Source of the DNA: Candidatus Omnitrophota bacterium
GTDB lineage: Bacteria; Omnitrophota; Gorgyraeia; Zapsychrales; Zapsychraceae
DNA length: 64,000 bases
Reading direction: 5' to 3'
Assembly (NCBI GenBank): GCA_016931055.1
Contig: JAFGFL010000062.1
Coordinates: forward strand, 17,451-81,450
In this document: positions 19,427-30,265 of the stretch, piece after piece
Numbering within the stretch: position 1 is the first letter of the stretch
Layout of the letters: each line of letters starts with the position of its first letter
Notes under the pieces: generated by a model
Seen by the model: only the letters and a program-made list of their open reading frames with translations
Database searches by the model: none
Told to the model about the DNA's origin: nothing
Translations under genes and position numbers: made by a program

Positions 19427-20236
19427 TCAAGTTCCGATAATGCAAATATCCCCTTTGTTGGCAAGTTTAACGCACGCGCCCCGGTCAATAATGAGGGTTC
19501 TTTTCGCTTCAATGCCAAGGCATTTTGCCTTGGACTTTATCATCGTTTTAAGCGTGCACGGGCCGATCACAGGAACATCAAAACGGACATCTTGGTCAGG
19601 TTTGCTCATTTTGACAACGACGGCCCCGGATTGGGCTATTCTTCCACCCCGCAAAATGGTGCGGTCCGTCCCCTCCATGGCCTCAATAGCGACAATCGCT
19701 TTGTCCTTCACGACAACCGTCTGACCAACATCAATGCCCCCCATCTCTTTTGCGATGGTCGCCCCGAAAGCAATGTCATCCAGCTCAGCTAACGTCGGCC
19801 CCCGGCTGGTAATGGTTCCTTTCGGCGCAAGATATTCTTTCAGCAAAAATGTCGAATCGGCCAATTCAAGCCCGTGATTACTTAAACGTTTTGCCACTGC
19901 CGTAAAAATCGTATCTGCTTTGCGATCCTGAAGCGCCTCGAATAGGCTCCGGAACTCATCATCAAAAGCAACGTCTTTTTCAAATAGATTATTGGGGTTC
20001 ACCTGGCCCGCCATGATGACCTGCTGAACGCCACATTTTTTAAAATAAAGAAAAAGCTTGTTGAGTTCACCGACCTTGAACCAGGCGAATTGATCAACGA
20101 GAAACCTTAAGAAAAATGAAGTGTCCCCTTTGATCCCAGCCGCAACCACCTTGTAATTCTGGATTTTGGCTTTTTGGGCGAATAGAAGGGGAAATTTGCC
20201 GTTTCCGGCGATCAGTCCTAGCGGTTTATGGGGCAT
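19427..20236 (-). CDS. lpxI: UDP-2,3-diacylglucosamine hydrolase LpxI (DUF1009 family)
   Basis: N-terminus LGLIAGNGKFP and its position directly after lpxA. Confidence 0.75.
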   Translation of the reverse strand: MPHKPLGLIAGNGKFPLLFAQKAKIQNYKVVAAGIKGDTSFFLRFLVDQFAWFKVGELNKLFLYFKKCGVQQVIMAGQVNPNNLFEKDVAFDDEFRSLFEALQDRKADTIFTAVAKRLSNHGLELADSTFLLKEYLAPKGTITSRGPTLAELDDIAFGATIAKEMGGIDVGQTVVVKDKAIVAIEAMEGTDRTILRGGRIAQSGAVVVKMSKPDQDVRFDVPVIGPCTLKTMIKSKAKCLGIEAKRTLIIDRGACVKLANKGDICIIGT

Positions 20237-20321
20237 TTTCAGAAATCCTTTAGAGGATCGGCGAAAAAAAAGTCACAGTCCGCAAGCAATTTCTCGTCTG
20301 TGACATGTGACTCACGCTTGA

Positions 20322-21107
20322 TTAACTACACAATCCCCGTTCCGTCGTTTTCGTAAAGAACGTCAAATGTTCTATCTCCGGGCAAGGCTCGATGTCTTTG
20401 GCGATCCTCTCTAAGGCGGTCGTCTTGGAAAGGCCGGAATGGAATAACAGTTTAAACGCCTTCTTCAGCCGCTTGATGGACTCTTCAGGGATTTGGGCAC
20501 GGCGCAGACCGATGACATTGGTAGTGATCACCTTGGCCGGATGGCCGTCACACGTCGAGAACGGCGGGACATCCTGAACGACCTTCGAACATCCGCCGAT
20601 GATCGCCAAACGGCCCAGGCGCACAAACTGATGGACGGCAGTCAAGCCCCCCACCATCGCGTTATCTTCAAGCGTTACATGGCCGCCTAACGTGGCGGCG
20701 TTCGCCATGATGCAATTGTTGCCGATTATGCAGTCATGCGCAATATGGGAATAAGCCATAATGAGATTGTTGTCGCCGACAATCGTTTTACTTCCTCCCT
20801 CGACCGTTCCCGGATTAATCGTCACATATTCCCGGATCACATTATTTTCGCCGATGTTCAAAAAAACATTGTCATCCGCCGAATGCTTTTTATCTTGGGG
20901 GGCGCTTCCGATCACTGCTCCCGTATATATCTTACAGTTTCGGCCGATGGTCGTCTGTCCCGTAATCAAACAATGGCTGCCGACGCGCACATTATCCCCT
21001 AGAGAAACTTCTCCTTCGATCACCGAATAAGGTCCGATACTCACTCCCGAAGATAATTTTGCCCCGGGATAAACGACGGCTGTTTTATGTATATTTAAAT
21101 TTTCCAT
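20322..21107 (-). CDS. lpxA: acyl-ACP--UDP-GlcNAc O-acyltransferase
   Basis: 261 aa with hexapeptide repeats and a helical C-terminal domain. Confidence 0.9.
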   Translation of the reverse strand: MENLNIHKTAVVYPGAKLSSGVSIGPYSVIEGEVSLGDNVRVGSHCLITGQTTIGRNCKIYTGAVIGSAPQDKKHSADDNVFLNIGENNVIREYVTINPGTVEGGSKTIVGDNNLIMAYSHIAHDCIIGNNCIMANAATLGGHVTLEDNAMVGGLTAVHQFVRLGRLAIIGGCSKVVQDVPPFSTCDGHPAKVITTNVIGLRRAQIPEESIKRLKKAFKLLFHSGLSKTTALERIAKDIEPCPEIEHLTFFTKTTERGLCS

Positions 21108-21204
21108 AATGCGGGCGCCATGTTTCCAACGTTCCGTGCAACTTTATTTTTATGTTATCCTATAGTTTAAAGTGAGTCAATAGAATACAGAAAAACCTGG
21201 CTCC

Positions 21205-22530
21205 TTATTCCAGGTAATCGGCATCCGTGAAAGAAAATACCATATCAGCTTCGGCGGCGATCTCTCTATCAACCTTAGCTACTCCACGGACCTGAGCGGT
21301 CCGGCTTTTGTCCCGGATGACTTCAACCTCCATGACCAGTTGATCCCCCGGGCTGACCACCTTCCGGAATTTCACGTTATCGACCGCCATAAAAAACGCA
21401 ACTTTGCCGCGATGAAGCTCGTTTGTTAAAATCACGACCCCAGCCACCTGGGCCATGGCCTCAACCATCAAAACCCCCGGCATCACCGGCCGCGTCGGAA
21501 AATGCCCCTGAAAGAAATTCTCATTGATCGTGACATTCTTGATCCCGATCGCTTTCTTGCCCTTGTCAATCTCAATCACCCGGTCTACCAAAAGAAACGG
21601 GTAGCGATGAGGAAGGACGTTCATAATGCCATCAATTTCAATTTCCTTTTTGCCTCTCTTCACAGGGACAGAAACGTTGGTTTTTTTCTCATATCTGACT
21701 TTCTGTTTCAGGATTTTCTTCAGCAATTCGATATTCAGGGTATGTCCGCTCTTGACCGCAAAGAAATGCCCCCGGATCGGCATCCCCAGTAAATACAAAT
21801 CCCCGATAAAATCAAGGACTTTATGCCTGATAAACTCATCCGGGAAACGTACCTTATTCTCCTTAATCCCTTTTTTTCCGACGACAAGTGTATTTTTATA
21901 ATTGGCCCCTTTCCCCACTCCCCGGGCGCGCAATTCCTTCGCCTCGCTCTCCAGGCAGAACGTCCGGCTCGGCGCGATCTCTTTCTCGAAAATCGCGCTG
22001 TCGATCCTGGCGCTGAAAAATTGCGTTTTTATTACGGGGTGATCGTAAACCATCGTATACGAAATCTTCAATTCCTTGGACGGGGCTACAAAAATCGAGC
22101 ATCCATTCAGTTCCACCCCCAGAGGTTCCCGGATCGTAAAATAAGGCGCGTCAATATTCTGCTCAACAACCCCGGCTTCCTTGATAATGTTATAAAAATC
22201 GATGGCGCTGCCGTCCAATCCGGGCAATTCGTTCGCATTAATCTCGACGATCAAATTCGTGATCCCGAGCCCGAAGAGCGAACTCATAAAGTGCTCAACG
22301 GTGTAGATGACCGCCCCGTTCTTCCCGATCGCGGTGCACCGCGGCATGGTCGTGTCAATATGGATATTGAGCGGATCAACCTTAATTTCCGGGCAGCCAT
22401 TCAAATCCGTCCGGATGAAACGGATCCCTGTGTTTTCAGCCGCAGCTTTGCATATCACCTTCACGGGACTACCCGTGTGCAGGCCGATCCCTGAGATTGT
22501 GCACTCTTTTTTGATCGTCTTTTGCTTCAT
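21205..22530 (-). CDS. bifunctional UDP-3-O-acyl-GlcNAc deacetylase / 3-hydroxyacyl-ACP dehydratase (LpxC-FabZ fusion)
   Basis: The N-terminal ~280 aa are LpxC-like. The C-terminal hot-dog domain carries [13 protein letters not shown] and [13 protein letters not shown]. Confidence 0.9.
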   Translation of the reverse strand: MKQKTIKKECTISGIGLHTGSPVKVICKAAAENTGIRFIRTDLNGCPEIKVDPLNIHIDTTMPRCTAIGKNGAVIYTVEHFMSSLFGLGITNLIVEINANELPGLDGSAIDFYNIIKEAGVVEQNIDAPYFTIREPLGVELNGCSIFVAPSKELKISYTMVYDHPVIKTQFFSARIDSAIFEKEIAPSRTFCLESEAKELRARGVGKGANYKNTLVVGKKGIKENKVRFPDEFIRHKVLDFIGDLYLLGMPIRGHFFAVKSGHTLNIELLKKILKQKVRYEKKTNVSVPVKRGKKEIEIDGIMNVLPHRYPFLLVDRVIEIDKGKKAIGIKNVTINENFFQGHFPTRPVMPGVLMVEAMAQVAGVVILTNELHRGKVAFFMAVDNVKFRKVVSPGDQLVMEVEVIRDKSRTAQVRGVAKVDREIAAEADMVFSFTDADYLE

Positions 22531-23588
22531 TTCTGCTTTTTACCCGATGATTTTGTTCGCCTTAAACTTGCTTCAAGTTCTTCGACTTTCTTTTCAAGAT
22601 CCTGAATCATCTTAACATAGAGCGGCAGCCTTTGTGTAAAGGCGTGTATCCGCTTTGCCTCAATGTGGGGCCTCGCCGGATATCCCGAGACCCGCGCGTG
22701 CGCGGGAACGGACTTGGTAATAGCGCTTTGCGCATAAATCACCGCGCCTTCGCCGATAGTAATGTGCCCGGTAATGCCTGCCTGGCCGGCCAAAATCGCG
22801 CCTTTTCCGATATTGACGCTTCCGGAGATCCCAACCTGGGAGACAATGATACAGTTCTCTCCCATGACCACATTATGCGCTACTTGAACCAAATTATCTA
22901 TTTTACTTCCACGGCCGATCACCGTTTGATCAAATCTTGCCCGGTCTATCGCTACATTTGCGCCGATCTCAACATCATCCCCAATGACCACTGTCCCAAC
23001 TTGAGGGATTTTCTTATGGACACCATCGATCTGCACATAACCAAATCCGTCTGAGCCAATAACCGTTCCGCTGTGCACAATCACACGTTGGCCAAGAGTA
23101 ACACGCTCGCGTATAGTGACATTGGGATAAATCAAACAATCGGCGCCAATCTTTGATTCATGCCCTATGTAACTGCCGCCAAAAACGGTCGTGTTATCCC
23201 CGATGGTAACCTTGCTTTCAATGATCGCAAACGCCCCGATAGACACATGGTTCCCAATGACGGCATCTTTTGCGATACACGCTGTCTCGTGTATGCCTCG
23301 AGGATAATAAATCCCTTTTTGGCTGACAGAAGACATAAGTTCGGTAAACGCAAGGGAAGGATTATCGGTGCGGATAACAGATTTTCCCGGAATTTTAATA
23401 TCCCGCGAGGTTATGATCGCCGAGGCTTTGGTTTTCCTGCAAAACGGAAGATACTTCAGATTTGCAAGGAACGTCAGATCGCCTTCTTCTGCTTCTTGAA
23501 TGCCGCTTAATCCGGTTATGATTAAATCTTTGTTACCAACCACCTCGCCATTGACAATTTTTGCTATCTCGGCCAAGGTTTTTTTCAT
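22527..23588 (-). CDS. lpxD: UDP-3-O-acylglucosamine N-acyltransferase
   Basis: 353 aa with an LpxD N-domain and long hexapeptide helix. It has a 4-nt overlap with lpxC/fabZ. Confidence 0.9.
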   Translation of the reverse strand: MKKTLAEIAKIVNGEVVGNKDLIITGLSGIQEAEEGDLTFLANLKYLPFCRKTKASAIITSRDIKIPGKSVIRTDNPSLAFTELMSSVSQKGIYYPRGIHETACIAKDAVIGNHVSIGAFAIIESKVTIGDNTTVFGGSYIGHESKIGADCLIYPNVTIRERVTLGQRVIVHSGTVIGSDGFGYVQIDGVHKKIPQVGTVVIGDDVEIGANVAIDRARFDQTVIGRGSKIDNLVQVAHNVVMGENCIIVSQVGISGSVNIGKGAILAGQAGITGHITIGEGAVIYAQSAITKSVPAHARVSGYPARPHIEAKRIHAFTQRLPLYVKMIQDLEKKVEELEASLRRTKSSGKKQK

Positions 23589-23611
23589 GATACTCCCTAA
23601 TAAAAACCATC

Positions 23612-24112
23612 CTATTGCTTGTTCAAGATGGTCAAAATTCCTTCCGTCAGATCCATCGCGGGGTTCCCGTAGATCAGAACCCGGTCATTAAGAATAACAT
23701 TATATCCTTCTTTTTCGGCATAATCACTGACAACTTTTTCTATTTCCAAGAGAATTTCCCGGATTTTTTCGTTCCGTTCTTTTGTCAAATTAGACTGTTC
23801 TTGATTCACAAATTCCTGCGCTTCTTCTTTCAGCGTTTCGATTTCACTCTTCAATTTCGCTTTTTGGTCTTCTTTTAACAGAGCCAGCCGGCTTTCGGAT
23901 TCCTGGATTTTCTCGATCTTTTCTTTACCGATTTTCTCCAGCTCGCTATGTTTCGCTTCAAGCGCCTGGTCATATTCTTTAGTCTTATGGTACTCGTCGA
24001 ATAATCGGCTTAAATCCACATAACCGATTTTCCCGCTATCCGCCGCATAAGCCCCCCCAGCGGCCATGGACAAAATGAAGACCATCATGGTTAATATTTT
24101 CATCGTTCTCAT
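23612..24112 (-). CDS. skp: OmpH/Skp periplasmic chaperone
   Basis: Signal peptide and a Lys/Glu-rich coiled coil, located between bamA and lpxD. Confidence 0.8.
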   Translation of the reverse strand: MRTMKILTMMVFILSMAAGGAYAADSGKIGYVDLSRLFDEYHKTKEYDQALEAKHSELEKIGKEKIEKIQESESRLALLKEDQKAKLKSEIETLKEEAQEFVNQEQSNLTKERNEKIREILLEIEKVVSDYAEKEGYNVILNDRVLIYGNPAMDLTEGILTILNKQ

Positions 24113-24152
24113 AAAAACCTCCTTTAAGACACTGTTGTTAACCCATCCTGAA

Positions 24153-26495
24153 TTAAAATCCCCTGCTCACACTGAAATAAAACTTACCAGACCGTTCATC
24201 TTCCCCTGGTTCATCATTCAAAGGATAACCGTAATCCAGATTAACGGGGCCAATCGGCGTCTTGACCCTTAATCCCAATCCGGTTCCAGACTTTAATTCC
24301 CCTGAACCAAAATCCTCGACTTCAGCCCAGACATTTCCAGTGTCGAAAAACGCGGCTAGTTTGATAAACTCGATAATGGGAATCGTACACTCAATATTGG
24401 CCGTTAACAAACCCTCCCCGCCCACAGGGTCTCCCGTGTTAGGATCCAGAGGGCCGACTTTTCGTTCATTATATCCGCGGATCGTTCTGGCGCCGCCGGC
24501 AAAGAATCTTTCAAAAATCGGAACGCTGGTTGAATCACCGTAGGCGTCAACATATCCGGCGCGCGCGCGCAATTCCAGAACAGAATCGAATTTAAAAGGG
24601 ATATAATAGTTCCCGCGAACTTGTAACCTGTAGAAGTCTTTGTCGCCCCCTAAATAAGTGCCTGCAACATCCGCACCGGAATTGACGATCAATCCTCTAG
24701 TCGGCGCAAAACTGCTGTCGGTCGAGTCCCTGGTCGCTGAAATTCCGATAACGCTGACTGCGTTAGTCCCTTCTTCAGCTGCCAACGCCGATGACACGTT
24801 CTCATCCAAATTCTCGATGGTGACATTTCGGTATTTATAGGCAACCTTCCCTGAAACATAATCAGAGAATTGTTTTCCAAGACTGATGCCGCCTCCGACA
24901 CTTTCCTCATCATACGCATAGCCAACGTCGCTTTCCTTATCCCGTTCCGTGCGGAAAGCGTCCAATCCTAATGAAACGGGATGGTCAAAGATCCACGGCT
25001 CGACAAAGCTCAAAAGCAGGTTGTTGCGCGTTTCTCCCGTTTCGGCCCGTAGCTTTAAATTCTGCCCCCCTCCGGTAAATGTCGGCCAATTCGTAAAATC
25101 GAAGTTCCGTTGTTCCACCTCGATAAAACCGACAATCTTATCGACGGTGCTGAACCCGCCGCCAAAACTGAAACTTCCCGTTTTTGTCTCCTTAACCTGA
25201 ACGACAAGATCTTTTTTATCGCTGACATCCGTATCTTCAATATCAAAACCGATGTCTTCGAAATACCCCAGATTCTCCAGCCTCTCCCGGCTCCGGCGCA
25301 ATTTGCCGCCGTCAAAACGATCCCCAGGATTTAACCTCAATTCCCGTCGGATAACAATATCCCTCGTGCGCGTATTGCCTTCGATATTAATGCGATTGAT
25401 AAAGGCAAGCCCGCCTTCCTCGATATTGACTTTGACCTCAACCTTACCGGTCGTTTGGTCCAAGGATGTTGTTTCATCAACATTGGCAAAGATATATCCC
25501 CGGTCAAAATACAGCGTTCTGATATTGGCGATATCAACACTTAGTTTTTGGCGGCTGAAGACCCCGCCCTCTTTTGTTTCCTCCATAACATGCCGGATCT
25601 CCTCCTCTGAGAGGACGTCATGGCCTAATATAGTAACTTTTCCGACAGAGTATTGCTTGCCTTCGCTGACCTGAATTCGGATATTCACAAGCCCTTTGCC
25701 CAATTCTTCCACGGTGTATTCGCAAACCGCATCGATATAACCATTTTGTCCATAAAACGACTTGACCCGTTCCATATCTTCATCCAGGACTTCATCTTTC
25801 AAATAACCCTTTCTGAAAAAACCTTTATTCCTTGTTTTGATCGCCTTGAGTATTTTTTTGTCTTTAAACGCTTCATTGCCATCAACATAAATGCGTTTGA
25901 CTTGAACTTTGTTGCCCTCCGTGACAATAAAGTGAAGCTTCGCCTTGTTGGTAGCCTCATCAATGGAAGTTTCCACTTCAACCTCAGCTAAAGTCAATCC
26001 CTTTTTCGAGTATAATTCCTTGATCGTATCTGTATCGTCTTTGAGCGACTTATGATCAAGGAACTTGCCTTCTTGCGTCTTGATTTTTTTTAGTAAGCTC
26101 CGCGGCTTAAAGTACCGCATTTTAGAAAACGTGATCTCCTCAACAATGGGCTTTTCATCCAAATAGATGATAACTTTAAAACCACCTTCATAACTTTCCC
26201 GGTCCACCCGAACATCGGAGAAATAGCCCGTATTATACAAGCGCTTCAAATCATCGCTGATCACGGACTGCAGATATTCCTGCCCCACGCGAGTCTTGAT
26301 CTTTGAAAGGATCATGGCAATGCTGATCGTTTTGTTCCCCTTGATCTCAATCGACTTCACAATGGTCGACGATAACTCCTGTTTTTCTTCAACGGAAGGA
26401 TCTGGACTTTCTGGAGATTGGGCAAAAAGCGGAGAGGGCAGAATGATAATAAATAAGATATATATTAATATTCCTGATCGCATGTTAACTTTCAT
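24153..26495 (-). CDS. bamA: outer membrane protein assembly factor BamA
   Basis: 780 aa with a signal peptide, POTRA repeats and a C-terminal beta-barrel ending ...FYFSVSRGF. Confidence 0.9.
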   Translation of the reverse strand: MKVNMRSGILIYILFIIILPSPLFAQSPESPDPSVEEKQELSSTIVKSIEIKGNKTISIAMILSKIKTRVGQEYLQSVISDDLKRLYNTGYFSDVRVDRESYEGGFKVIIYLDEKPIVEEITFSKMRYFKPRSLLKKIKTQEGKFLDHKSLKDDTDTIKELYSKKGLTLAEVEVETSIDEATNKAKLHFIVTEGNKVQVKRIYVDGNEAFKDKKILKAIKTRNKGFFRKGYLKDEVLDEDMERVKSFYGQNGYIDAVCEYTVEELGKGLVNIRIQVSEGKQYSVGKVTILGHDVLSEEEIRHVMEETKEGGVFSRQKLSVDIANIRTLYFDRGYIFANVDETTSLDQTTGKVEVKVNIEEGGLAFINRINIEGNTRTRDIVIRRELRLNPGDRFDGGKLRRSRERLENLGYFEDIGFDIEDTDVSDKKDLVVQVKETKTGSFSFGGGFSTVDKIVGFIEVEQRNFDFTNWPTFTGGGQNLKLRAETGETRNNLLLSFVEPWIFDHPVSLGLDAFRTERDKESDVGYAYDEESVGGGISLGKQFSDYVSGKVAYKYRNVTIENLDENVSSALAAEEGTNAVSVIGISATRDSTDSSFAPTRGLIVNSGADVAGTYLGGDKDFYRLQVRGNYYIPFKFDSVLELRARAGYVDAYGDSTSVPIFERFFAGGARTIRGYNERKVGPLDPNTGDPVGGEGLLTANIECTIPIIEFIKLAAFFDTGNVWAEVEDFGSGELKSGTGLGLRVKTPIGPVNLDYGYPLNDEPGEDERSGKFYFSVSRGF

Positions 26496-26534
26496 TTACA
26501 TACTTTTTGATTATACGGTCAACCATAAAATGTG

Positions 26535-27866
26535 TCAATCTCCATAAGCGAGATTTTCAAAGCGCATGTATTCCTTTATAAACGTGAGCTTGATCGTCCC
26601 GACCGGGCCATTGCGCTGTTTGGCAATAATCACATCCGCAATCCCCCGGTTTTCCTCCGTTTGATTGTAATACTCTTCGCGCAACAGCAGGGCAACCAAA
26701 TCCGCATCCTGTTCAATGGCGCCGGACTCGCGCAAGTCCGACAGTTGCGGACGATGATCTTGGCGGGATTCAACAGCCCTTGACAACTGGCTTAAGGCGA
26801 TTATAGGAACCTTCAATTCGCGCGCCAAGGACTTCAGCGACCGTGAGATCTCAGAGATTTCCTGCTGCCGGCTGTCTGCTGTTGTTGATCCTCTCATCAA
26901 CTGAAGATAATCTAGAATGATGAGATCAACTTGATTATTGGCTTTTAAGCGACGCGCCTTGGCCCTGAGCTCCAAAGCCGAGATCGCCGGAGTGTCATCA
27001 ATGAGAATCTTGGATTCGGATAGTTTTCCAGCTGCCGCCGTTAATTTCGGCCAATCAGAGGGTGCTAAAAAGCCGCTGCGCACCTTATGCGCGTCCACGC
27101 GGGCCTGAGAACAAAGCATCCTTTGCACCAATTGCTCTTTGGACATCTCCAGACTGAATATGGCCACCCCCTGCTTCAGATCGACGCCGACCTTTTCCGC
27201 AATCGATATCGCCAAGGCGCTTTTCCCCATCGACGGACGTCCGGCCACGATGATAAGATCGGATGGCTGCAAACCGGAAGTCATATTGTCAAATTTCGTA
27301 AAACCCGTCGCAATACCCGTAATATGTTCTTTGCGCTGATATAAACGGTCGAGTTTTTCAATCCCTTCTTTGACCAGCTCCTTGATATGGGAGGTCTTGC
27401 TGCTCTGCTTCAAATCGGCCACTTCGAAGATCAGCCGTTCGGCGTTGTCAACGGCTTCTTCGATATTACCGGAAAATTTATAACTATCGGTGATAATGCT
27501 CGTCGCATTTTGAATGAGCTTCCGCAAGATGCCCTTTTCTTTGACGATATGAGCGTAATGCTCCACATTCGCCGAGGTGGGAACAGCATCTATGATGCCG
27601 GAAAGATAGGAGGCTCCCCCAATCTTCTCGAGCAGCCCGTCACTTTTTAATTTATCAGACAGCGTGACCAGGTCGACATTCTTGCGGGCTTGATAGAGGT
27701 CCAGAACGGCCTTATAAATCTTGCGATGGGCCTCCTCATAAAACCACATCTCATCGAGCACCTCAACCGCCGCGCCAATGGCTTCTTGGTCGATGAGCAT
27801 CGATCCCAAGACGGATTTTTCCGCGTCAACGTTTTGTGGCGGGATTCTTATTTCTTCGTGACCCAT
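26535..27866 (-). CDS. dnaB: replicative DNA helicase
   Basis: DnaB N-domain, Walker A GRPSMGKSA and the SQLSR motif. Confidence 0.95.
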   Translation of the reverse strand: MGHEEIRIPPQNVDAEKSVLGSMLIDQEAIGAAVEVLDEMWFYEEAHRKIYKAVLDLYQARKNVDLVTLSDKLKSDGLLEKIGGASYLSGIIDAVPTSANVEHYAHIVKEKGILRKLIQNATSIITDSYKFSGNIEEAVDNAERLIFEVADLKQSSKTSHIKELVKEGIEKLDRLYQRKEHITGIATGFTKFDNMTSGLQPSDLIIVAGRPSMGKSALAISIAEKVGVDLKQGVAIFSLEMSKEQLVQRMLCSQARVDAHKVRSGFLAPSDWPKLTAAAGKLSESKILIDDTPAISALELRAKARRLKANNQVDLIILDYLQLMRGSTTADSRQQEISEISRSLKSLARELKVPIIALSQLSRAVESRQDHRPQLSDLRESGAIEQDADLVALLLREEYYNQTEENRGIADVIIAKQRNGPVGTIKLTFIKEYMRFENLAYGD

Positions 27867-28291
27867 AGCCGTATCTTTGCCGTCACCTCAGGATGAAGGC
27901 GAATACCGATTTCGAATATTCCCAATTCTTCGATCGGATTTGGGATGACAATAGTCTTTTTATCAACCGTAAAACCCTCAATTTCCAAAGCCTTAAAGAT
28001 ATCCGCTTCCGAAACTGCACCGTATAGTTTATCAAGGTCGTTAACCTCGACGCTCACCGTGCAGGAAGTTTTATTGAGTTTTTCGGCTAAGTTTTCCGCT
28101 TCTTGTTTTTCTCTCTCATATTGAATTTTACGGTTTTTTTCCTGTTGTTCGATCCTTTTGAGATTGGCCGGAGTTGCGGCGTAAGCCAACTTTCTCGGTA
28201 AAAGAAAATTGCGCGCGTAGCCGTCCTTGACTTTAACAACATCCCCGAGTTTTCCCAAAGCATCGACATTTTGTGACAATATCACTTCCAT
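27848..28291 (-). CDS. rplI: 50S ribosomal protein L9
   Basis: MEVILSQNVDALGKLGDVVKVKDGYARNFLLP. Confidence 0.95.
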   Translation of the reverse strand: MEVILSQNVDALGKLGDVVKVKDGYARNFLLPRKLAYAATPANLKRIEQQEKNRKIQYEREKQEAENLAEKLNKTSCTVSVEVNDLDKLYGAVSEADIFKALEIEGFTVDKKTIVIPNPIEELGIFEIGIRLHPEVTAKIRLWVTKK

Positions 28292-28396
28292 GATCGCTCC
28301 TCAATATTTTTGGCCGCTGTTCCTCCTCAATACCGATACCACGGCCATGATTAACGTTTATACGCCAAAACAAACAAATTTTCTGATAAAGGAATC

Positions 28397-28666
28397 CTAC
28401 TTCTTCATCCCGCCCGATGTGAGCAGTGCCAAATGTCTCGCTCTTTTGATGGAGACAACCAATTGCCGCTGCTCTTTGGCCGTAACGCCCGATATTCTCC
28501 GAGGGACGATCTTCCCCCGATCGTTTAAGTATTTCTGCAAAAGGCTGAAATTCTTATAATCAAGATCCGCGTTTTTGGGAAGCTGGAACCGCGCCGTGTT
28601 CTTCTGACGGTTGTCAAACTTCCTGCGCAGTTTGGCTTTATCTTTGACATTCGTTCTTTTAATCAA
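28397..28666 (-). CDS. rpsR: 30S ribosomal protein S18
   Basis: [28 protein letters not shown]. Confidence 0.95.
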   Translation of the reverse strand: MIKRTNVKDKAKLRRKFDNRQKNTARFQLPKNADLDYKNFSLLQKYLNDRGKIVPRRISGVTAKEQRQLVVSIKRARHLALLTSGGMKK

Positions 28667-28697
28667 TTCTCCCCTCCGATTTAATCATGTTTTAATT

Positions 28698-29135
28698 TCA
28701 TTCATCCCAATTGATGTCTTCCGGCTTAATAACAGCGTCTTCCTGTTGATTGGCTTCATCCGTGAGCCTGGTTTCCGTCGCTTCTTTATTGTTAATTCCT
28801 TTACCGTATTCCCCTAAAAATTGCACGCGTTCGGCACGGACATCAATAGCGCTGCGTTTTTGGCCGTCGCTTGTTTCCCAGAACCGCGACTGCAGGACCC
28901 CTTCGACAAAAATCGGCCGCCCTTTCTTTAAATACTGGCAACAGGCCTCGGCCTGTTTATCCCAAACCGTCACCGTAAGAAAACAGGCCTCCTCTTTTAA
29001 CTCGCCGGAACTGTCTTTAAAACGCCGGTTAACCGCGATGCCTAAATTCGCCACAGCGGTCCCGCCCGGCGTATAACGCAATTCCGGGTCGCGAGTTAAA
29101 TTTCCGATTAAAAAAACCTTGTTTAAATTCGCCAT
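28698..29135 (-). CDS. ssb: single-stranded DNA-binding protein
   Basis: MANLNKVFLIGNLTRDPELRYTPGG OB fold with an acidic tail ending INWDE. Confidence 0.9.
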   Translation of the reverse strand: MANLNKVFLIGNLTRDPELRYTPGGTAVANLGIAVNRRFKDSSGELKEEACFLTVTVWDKQAEACCQYLKKGRPIFVEGVLQSRFWETSDGQKRSAIDVRAERVQFLGEYGKGINNKEATETRLTDEANQQEDAVIKPEDINWDE

Positions 29136-29224
29136 TCAATCCTCCTTACTAACAAACAACCTCTGAAAATGTTTCTGTCTCTTATAAATCCCGATTGGCC
29201 TTCATAGGCAAACCGCAGGCACCG

Positions 29225-29560
29225 TCAGACACGGGCCGTTTCCGCCGCCACCTTTGATTTAAGTCTGATAAAATCAAATCGAAGGATCTTCTCATTTATC
29301 CTAAAAAGGGGTTTTAGCTGACCGATAATTTCCCCTTGACCTTCAAAATTGATAATATAATATGTCCCTTCGCTGCATTTCTTGATCGGAAAAGTCAGTT
29401 TATGCTTTTCAAGCCATACTTGGCTATTGATGATTTTCCCTCCGCGCTTATTGATGGCCTCCGTGATCTCTTTGCGGACGGTTTCTTTTGCCTCATTCGT
29501 CAATTTCGCATCAACAATCGCAACTAACTCATATTTCCTTGTTAATTCATTCTTCTCCAT
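29225..29560 (-). CDS. rpsF: 30S ribosomal protein S6
   Basis: YELVAIVD... pattern, in rpsF-ssb-rpsR order. Confidence 0.9.
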   Translation of the reverse strand: MEKNELTRKYELVAIVDAKLTNEAKETVRKEITEAINKRGGKIINSQVWLEKHKLTFPIKKCSEGTYYIINFEGQGEIIGQLKPLFRINEKILRFDFIRLKSKVAAETARV

Positions 29561-29622
29561 GTTTTTCTCTCCTTAATACAACTTAGCGCATTCAACCTAA
29601 AAGAACAAACACATCTCGACGG

Positions 29623-30207
29623 TCAAGCCTCTTTCCGCCTGTTATGACGGCCCATGGCCGCATTTATTCCCTGCCTTAACCATATGAGGCAGCAAGATAC
29701 TGCCTCGTCAACAAACCCCTTCAGACGGGCCTCCTCTGTTTTTTTGAATTCTCCAAGAACATAGTCAACCGTATCTCGACTATCAGGCGGGCAACCGATC
29801 CCCATTCTTAACCTTGCGAATTCTTCCGTGCCAAGATGCTGGATAACGGAACTTAACCCGTTATGCCCGCCATCACTTCCCCTGGCTCTTAAGCGGATTT
29901 GCTCAAAATCCAAATGAAAGTCATCACAAACAACCAGGATATCGTCCGAGGATAGGTCCTTCTTGGACATGAATTGACTGACGGCCACACCGGAATCGTT
30001 GACATACGTCAACGGCGCCAGCAACCAGAGGGTTTCTCCTTCAAATACTCCCTTGGCCGTCATCCCCTTTGTTAAAGAACTCCGGCTGAACTTCAGCCTG
30101 AGTTTCTCGGCCAGGCGGCGGACGACCAAAAAACCGAGATTATGCCGTGTGTGTTCGTAATCTTTTCCGGGATTCCCTAAACCAACAATGAGTCGCAATT
30201 CTGTCAA
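29623..30207 (-). CDS. pth: peptidyl-tRNA hydrolase
   Basis: LIVGLGNPGKDYEHTRHNLGF. Confidence 0.95.
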   Translation of the reverse strand: MTELRLIVGLGNPGKDYEHTRHNLGFLVVRRLAEKLRLKFSRSSLTKGMTAKGVFEGETLWLLAPLTYVNDSGVAVSQFMSKKDLSSDDILVVCDDFHLDFEQIRLRARGSDGGHNGLSSVIQHLGTEEFARLRMGIGCPPDSRDTVDYVLGEFKKTEEARLKGFVDEAVSCCLIWLRQGINAAMGRHNRRKEA

Positions 30208-30265
30208 TGCTCCAAACTAAATATTCGGCCGATTCTGGATAAACTTGACCGTAAGAAAATCATTG

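Noticed and set aside
19270-19792. ORFs 19270-19518 (minus) and 19325-19792 / 19362-19724 (plus)
   Set aside because: They span the lysS promoter and lpxI terminator spacer, or lie antisense to lpxI. None has an SD or recognisable motifs.
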